This document shows positions 60,161 to 64,000 of a stretch of 64,000 bases of DNA, piece after piece. Made by a program: the position numbers and the translations under genes. How positions within the stretch are numbered: the first letter of the stretch is position 1; every line of letters starts with the position of its first letter. Below the pieces are notes generated by a model. That model saw only the letters and a list, made by a program, of their open reading frames with translations. It was not told the DNA's origin and did no database searches. This DNA is from Anthoceros angustus (lineage: Eukaryota > Plantae > Anthocerotophyta): positions 124,001-188,000 of the forward strand of contig MU008177.1 of NCBI GenBank assembly GCA_010909165.1. Direction: 5' to 3'.

Positions 60161-61920
60161 AAACATAGTCGTTGACGTTATCTGCACCGTTGTCTGCGAG
60201 TTTATATAACATCCCGCTAAATTGTATAAGCAAGTATCTTCCTCTTCTGATAATGTAAAATACATAAATTAATAATCTATTTTGAAATTCCAAAGCGAAT
60301 ACAATCAAATGAATGTGTTTCTACTAGTTCTTAATGACACAAATAATATTTTTTCATGGAATATGAAAGCAAAACAAATTTATCAAAAAAATGTACGTAC
60401 CATAATTCTGAATTGTAGACGTTGATGACATGGCTGTTCTTACAAAACTATAGTAATCTGCATGTATAAAATTGACGTTTGGATTTAGAGATTGCATAAT
60501 GCTAATCATTTGCATCAATTGTTGATTATGAGCTTCCACTGCAGTATTTAGTGCTTGCACACACCCATCTTGATCAAGCGGAGTGTAAGGATGTCTACTT
60601 CTTGCTGCTCGTCGTTTTACCAACTCAGAACATCCAATTGGAGGAATATTAATAAACATAAAGTTTGTACTAGTAACATTTCTAATAATATCCTCTACAT
60701 TAAGTTGAATCTCTTGGATGACATAAGGCACAACCAATGTTGTGAGGTTGTACGTAGACGTGTTGAGAAGTGTATATGATGCAAGATAATCGTTACCTCC
60801 AATTTCAAATATATATAGTCCTTCTTTCAAATCTTGCTCTTTTGGCAAGGGTTGGTTGTTCACTACATCTGCATATAAAATTTAAAAAGTAATAAATAAA
60901 ATTTCATTAAATATATTTGTAAAAAATCTAAAAAAATGAATTAATTCTCATGAAATATAAGATATATTAATACATTACCTTTAGCATCAAGTAGATTAAA
61001 CCTAAATTGATGGAACCAATATATTTCCATACCAAGATTATAAACCGGATTAATATTAGTGGCTGTAGCTCCAAAATATGCAAAACTTACACCACTCTTA
61101 GAATTCGGCCGGATCGTCTCCATATATGGAGCAGGATACGATAGACCCAGACCTAGTGCAAGAAAGTCACTCATACGATATTGATACTCATTAGGTTCCA
61201 CATTCACCATGTATGCTTCGATACTTTGATTATAAGAATAAGCATCTAAAGCTAACAAATTTCCATTATCCATTAATGAATCTCCGAACAGGAATATTGC
61301 TGGATAACATTTGCTTGCTTGCGAATTTAAACTTTCATGGAAGCCAGAACACAAATCTCCGTTGGCAAGTATCCATATAAATATATAAACAGGTAGCATA
61401 ATCTTGGATATTCGAAAAAGGTGCAAATGCTGCTTCATTGGGTCCAGAATCTTGGAAACCGGGATGGTAAGTAGGCCAGTTACTGTGCCATGGTGAAAAT
61501 TTCGGACGCTCCGCCTCGCCACAAACACGACGCTCAATGGTAGGATAAACGCGAAAATCTGCACGGGCGTGATCAGCAAACATCACAGATTAACCCTGAC
61601 AGACATAGCTCGGCCACAGAAACACTGACCAGCCCAAAACTCCTGGTGCAATGCACATGGCCATGACCAACATCCCTGGTAGCAGATAGAACGCTTACCA
61701 ACACGGTCCAGAATGCCACGGTGCTCGTCTGCAGTGGAAAGGAAACATCGTAGGTCATAAGCGTGTTGATATATCGATGACAAGGCTCGATAAAATACGG
61801 CATGATGCCGAGGAGTGTGAGCACCAAGAAGATGATCCCGGCAAGCAAGTGAAGCCCGGGCACATAATGAGACGAGTCTTTCCGCAGGCCTCCGGGCGCA
61901 TTATCCTTGAAAGTGTACAT
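60089..61920 (-). CDS. Chimeric gene: lipid phosphate phosphatase (PAP2/LPP) N-terminal TM segment fused in frame to a GDSL/SGNH lipase-like domain (475 aa predicted)
   Basis: Exons 61920-61699, 61558-60979, 60868-60401 and 60246-60089, all GT-AG, total 1428 nt in one frame. LPP-like IEPCHRYINTLMTYDVSFPLQTSTVAFWTVL|IFAFILP...RRSVRNFHH; GDSL blocks FLFGDSLMDNGN, FAYFGATA, EIGGNDY, NIPPIGC, ADYYS. Confidence 0.78.
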
Positions 61921-62612
61921 GGTTACTGCCTTATATCAATCAGCTGCAGCGACAGGCAAAAATACAAAGCCAAGCAATGACGATTCAAACTCCGAGTCCT
62001 CGCAGCAGACCTTCCTTCATGCACAATCGGAGCCGGCCAGTACCTGGTTCGACGGCCTTGAGTAATTGCTTCAGCTCAGCACGCGCAACTGGTGTTAACA
62101 ACCTTCGCCAACGGCAGGAGCCTGCGAATCCAGCTGCCAAAGTCCCGAGGAAAGAGATGGAGAATAGCGCATTCCGGAACCGAGGGAGCGGTGGAGTATT
62201 GTTGGAACCGCGTCATCACCCGGGATGGATGTGGGGGTCCTGGAATGAACAAACCCGCGTCCGAACATTCTAGAAACCCTGCTGCTGGGGAACATGCTCC
62301 TCCACGTTCCGCTGCAGAACGTCGATCGTGGTTCTGCGAGCGTGAGGAGAAGAGGCGTATCCTTTGTACCAGGCCCTCATTTGGGAGGGCTGGCTGGTGT
62401 GACTTTTTTAGGGCTTGGAAAAGTAGGGGGCAATCCAGTCTTATCCGAACTCTAATCGAGCCTAATCGTTAGATTCTCCTGGGTTGCAGGCAAAACATAG
62501 GCGCCATAGCCAGTTCGTATTTCTGCTCACGCTCGCCAGCCACCGGAGCAAACACTCCCGAGGCCTGTGCCATTGTCGGGGATTCGGGAGGAAGGAATTA
62601 AATGGAAATACA

Positions 62613-62783
62613 TTTCACAGCAGCAAACGAAACGCCGAGCGTCCCTGGAGAACGTCCAGAGGACCCAGCTTGGATGGACGCATCATTCAGCACATTCATC
62701 ACAGCAGCAAACGAAACGCTGAGCGGTCCCTGGGGAACGCTACGAGGTCCCAGCTTGGATGGATGCATCATCCAGCACATTCG
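62613..62783. repeat. Two ~85-bp direct repeats
   Basis: TCACAGCAGCAAACGAAACGC.GAGC...CCCAGCTTGGATGGA.GCATCAT.CAGCACATTC occurs twice. Confidence 0.85.
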
Positions 62784-63086
62784 AATTCATACATGCAATA
62801 ATATTGCGTAGCCTTGACGTACGTAGACTGGTAGAGGCAGTCGTTGCGAGGGGCTGGTGAAGCTGAGTTGGTAGCAGCGACGATAGGGACTCTTGTCCCG
62901 TTTGAGTTTGAATTCCGACCCTCCAGATCTCTGTATGTGCAAGGAAGGTGGAACTCCGATCGTCGGCTATAGTATCTTCCAGCCAAACGGTCAGAGGGTG
63001 AGGAATGTATCTGAATTCGAAGTTGACAAGAGAATTGCAAACCTTCAGCGGCTTCGAGTTCCCGCCGTTTCCAAAGTTCCAAGCTC

Positions 63087-63500
63087 TTGGCCATGGAGGA
63101 GCGCGATGCTGGTGCTGGTGCTGGGGGTGGTGCTGGTGCGGGTGCTGGTATTGGTACTGGTGTTGGAGCTGGTGCCACTGCTGGTGCTGGTGCTGGTGCC
63201 AGTGCTGGTTCTACCACCACCTTCGACGATCTTTGTGATGACGTCCTGGAAATCATTCTGGAGCAGCTTTCTGCGGCACAGCTTCGGCGAGCTCGGACCG
63301 TAAGCAGGAGGTTCGATCGAGTAGTGTCTATCGTGAGGCGACGTGTGGTGGCACCGCTGCCAGCGCCGGGCCAGCTCTCCCAACTCGACCACTTTGATGA
63401 CAACGTCCTGAGAAACATTCTGGAGCGAGCGCTGCCTTCCCCGGCAGAGCGTGCGCGAGCTCGGACCGTGTCCGAAAGGTGGAACCGACTACTGTCCTGA
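63087..63500 (+). CDS. Small protein (137 aa): Gly/Ala-rich stretch + two F-box-like motifs
   Basis: TFDDLCDDVLEIILEQLSAAQLRRARTVSRRFDRVV and HFDDNVLRNILERALPSPAERARARTVSERWNRLL fit the F-box consensus (LPxEILxxILxxL...LxxxxxVSKxW); N-terminus encoded by (GGTGCT)n. Confidence 0.65.
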   Translation: MAMEERDAGAGAGGGAGAGAGIGTGVGAGATAGAGAGASAGSTTTFDDLCDDVLEIILEQLSAAQLRRARTVSRRFDRVVSIVRRRVVAPLPAPGQLSQLDHFDDNVLRNILERALPSPAERARARTVSERWNRLLS

Positions 63501-63597
63501 CGTACAGGCTCCTACAGAATTGTCCCGGGGATCCAACCCGATGGCGAGGTGTTGACAAGACGGTGCCTAGCCAATGCTCGTGAGGCTGTAGATGCAT

Positions 63598-63925
63598 CCC
63601 GTCGGATCTAGATCTGTAGTCCTACACATTGTTAGGGCATATTATGGCTTCGTCGTGCTCGGCAGGGCACGAAGTCCCATGACCATGCGACTCCATCATC
63701 TTCAAGCTTCTGGATCACATTCACGTCCAAGACAACATCGGACAGGCAAATCTATTCTACTCCCGTCGGATCTAGATCTGTAGTCCTACACATTGTTAGG
63801 GCATATTATGGCTTCGTCGTGCTTGGCAGGGCACGAAGTCCCATGACTATGCGACTCCATCATCTTCAAGCTTATGGATCACATTCACGTCCCAAGACAA
63901 CATTGGACAGGCAAATCTATTCTAC
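63598..63925. repeat. 164-bp tandem duplication (2 copies, near-identical)
   Basis: CCCGTCGGATCTAGATCTGTAGTCC...GGCAAATCTATTCTAC at 63598 and 63762. Confidence 0.93.
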
Positions 63926-64000
63926 CTGCTCTTCTCGTGTCGTGTGCCAAGCTGGTGAGGCTCCACAAGCCCTAGCTTGTTGGCCAACAACATACCGCAC

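Noticed and set aside
62768-63418. 216-aa minus-strand ORF with PA repeats
   Set aside because: Antisense reading of the (GGTGCT)n/F-box ORF; low complexity and no domain.
1-64000. tRNA, rRNA or snoRNA genes
   Set aside because: None recognisable by eye; tRNAscan-SE/Infernal would be needed to exclude small RNAs.

Overview
Eukaryotic nuclear DNA from a non-seed land plant. It is gene-dense, with GC-rich exons and mostly ~80-130 nt GT-AG introns, which best fits a hornwort such as Anthoceros (inference). Genes in order: 3' part of choline transporter-like CTL1 (+); intronless MYC2-type bHLH (+); a receptor kinase with a ricin-B-lectin + DUF642/choice-of-anchor-C ectodomain (-); a ~10-17.7 kb graveyard holding a UDP-glucose 4-epimerase pseudogene, a TIR element with a 6-bp TSD, a CRE-type non-LTR retroelement fragment, a CACTA end and coiled-coil ORF remnants; the symbiosis transcription factor CYCLOPS/IPD3 (-) with a ~1.36 kb internal tandem duplication (possibly an assembly artefact); a decayed PIF/Harbinger transposon; a MULE-type MITE with a 9-bp TSD; a photolyase-N/alpha-beta-hydrolase gene (-) head-to-head with a pKIWI502-like FAD/NAD oxidoreductase (+); a secretory cyclophilin with two alternative terminal exons (+); PIEZO (+); an LRR-malectin non-RD receptor kinase (+); DDRGK1/UFBP1 (+); an internally deleted PUX10-like UBX protein (+); a spliced in-frame chimera of a lipid-phosphate-phosphatase N-terminus and a degenerate GDSL lipase (-); and a tiny double-F-box ORF (+). 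The most novel-looking items are the ricin-B/DUF642 kinase, the LPP-GDSL chimera, the dual-terminal-exon cyclophilin and the IS3EU-like element. All family calls come from motifs recognised by eye; no searches were run.
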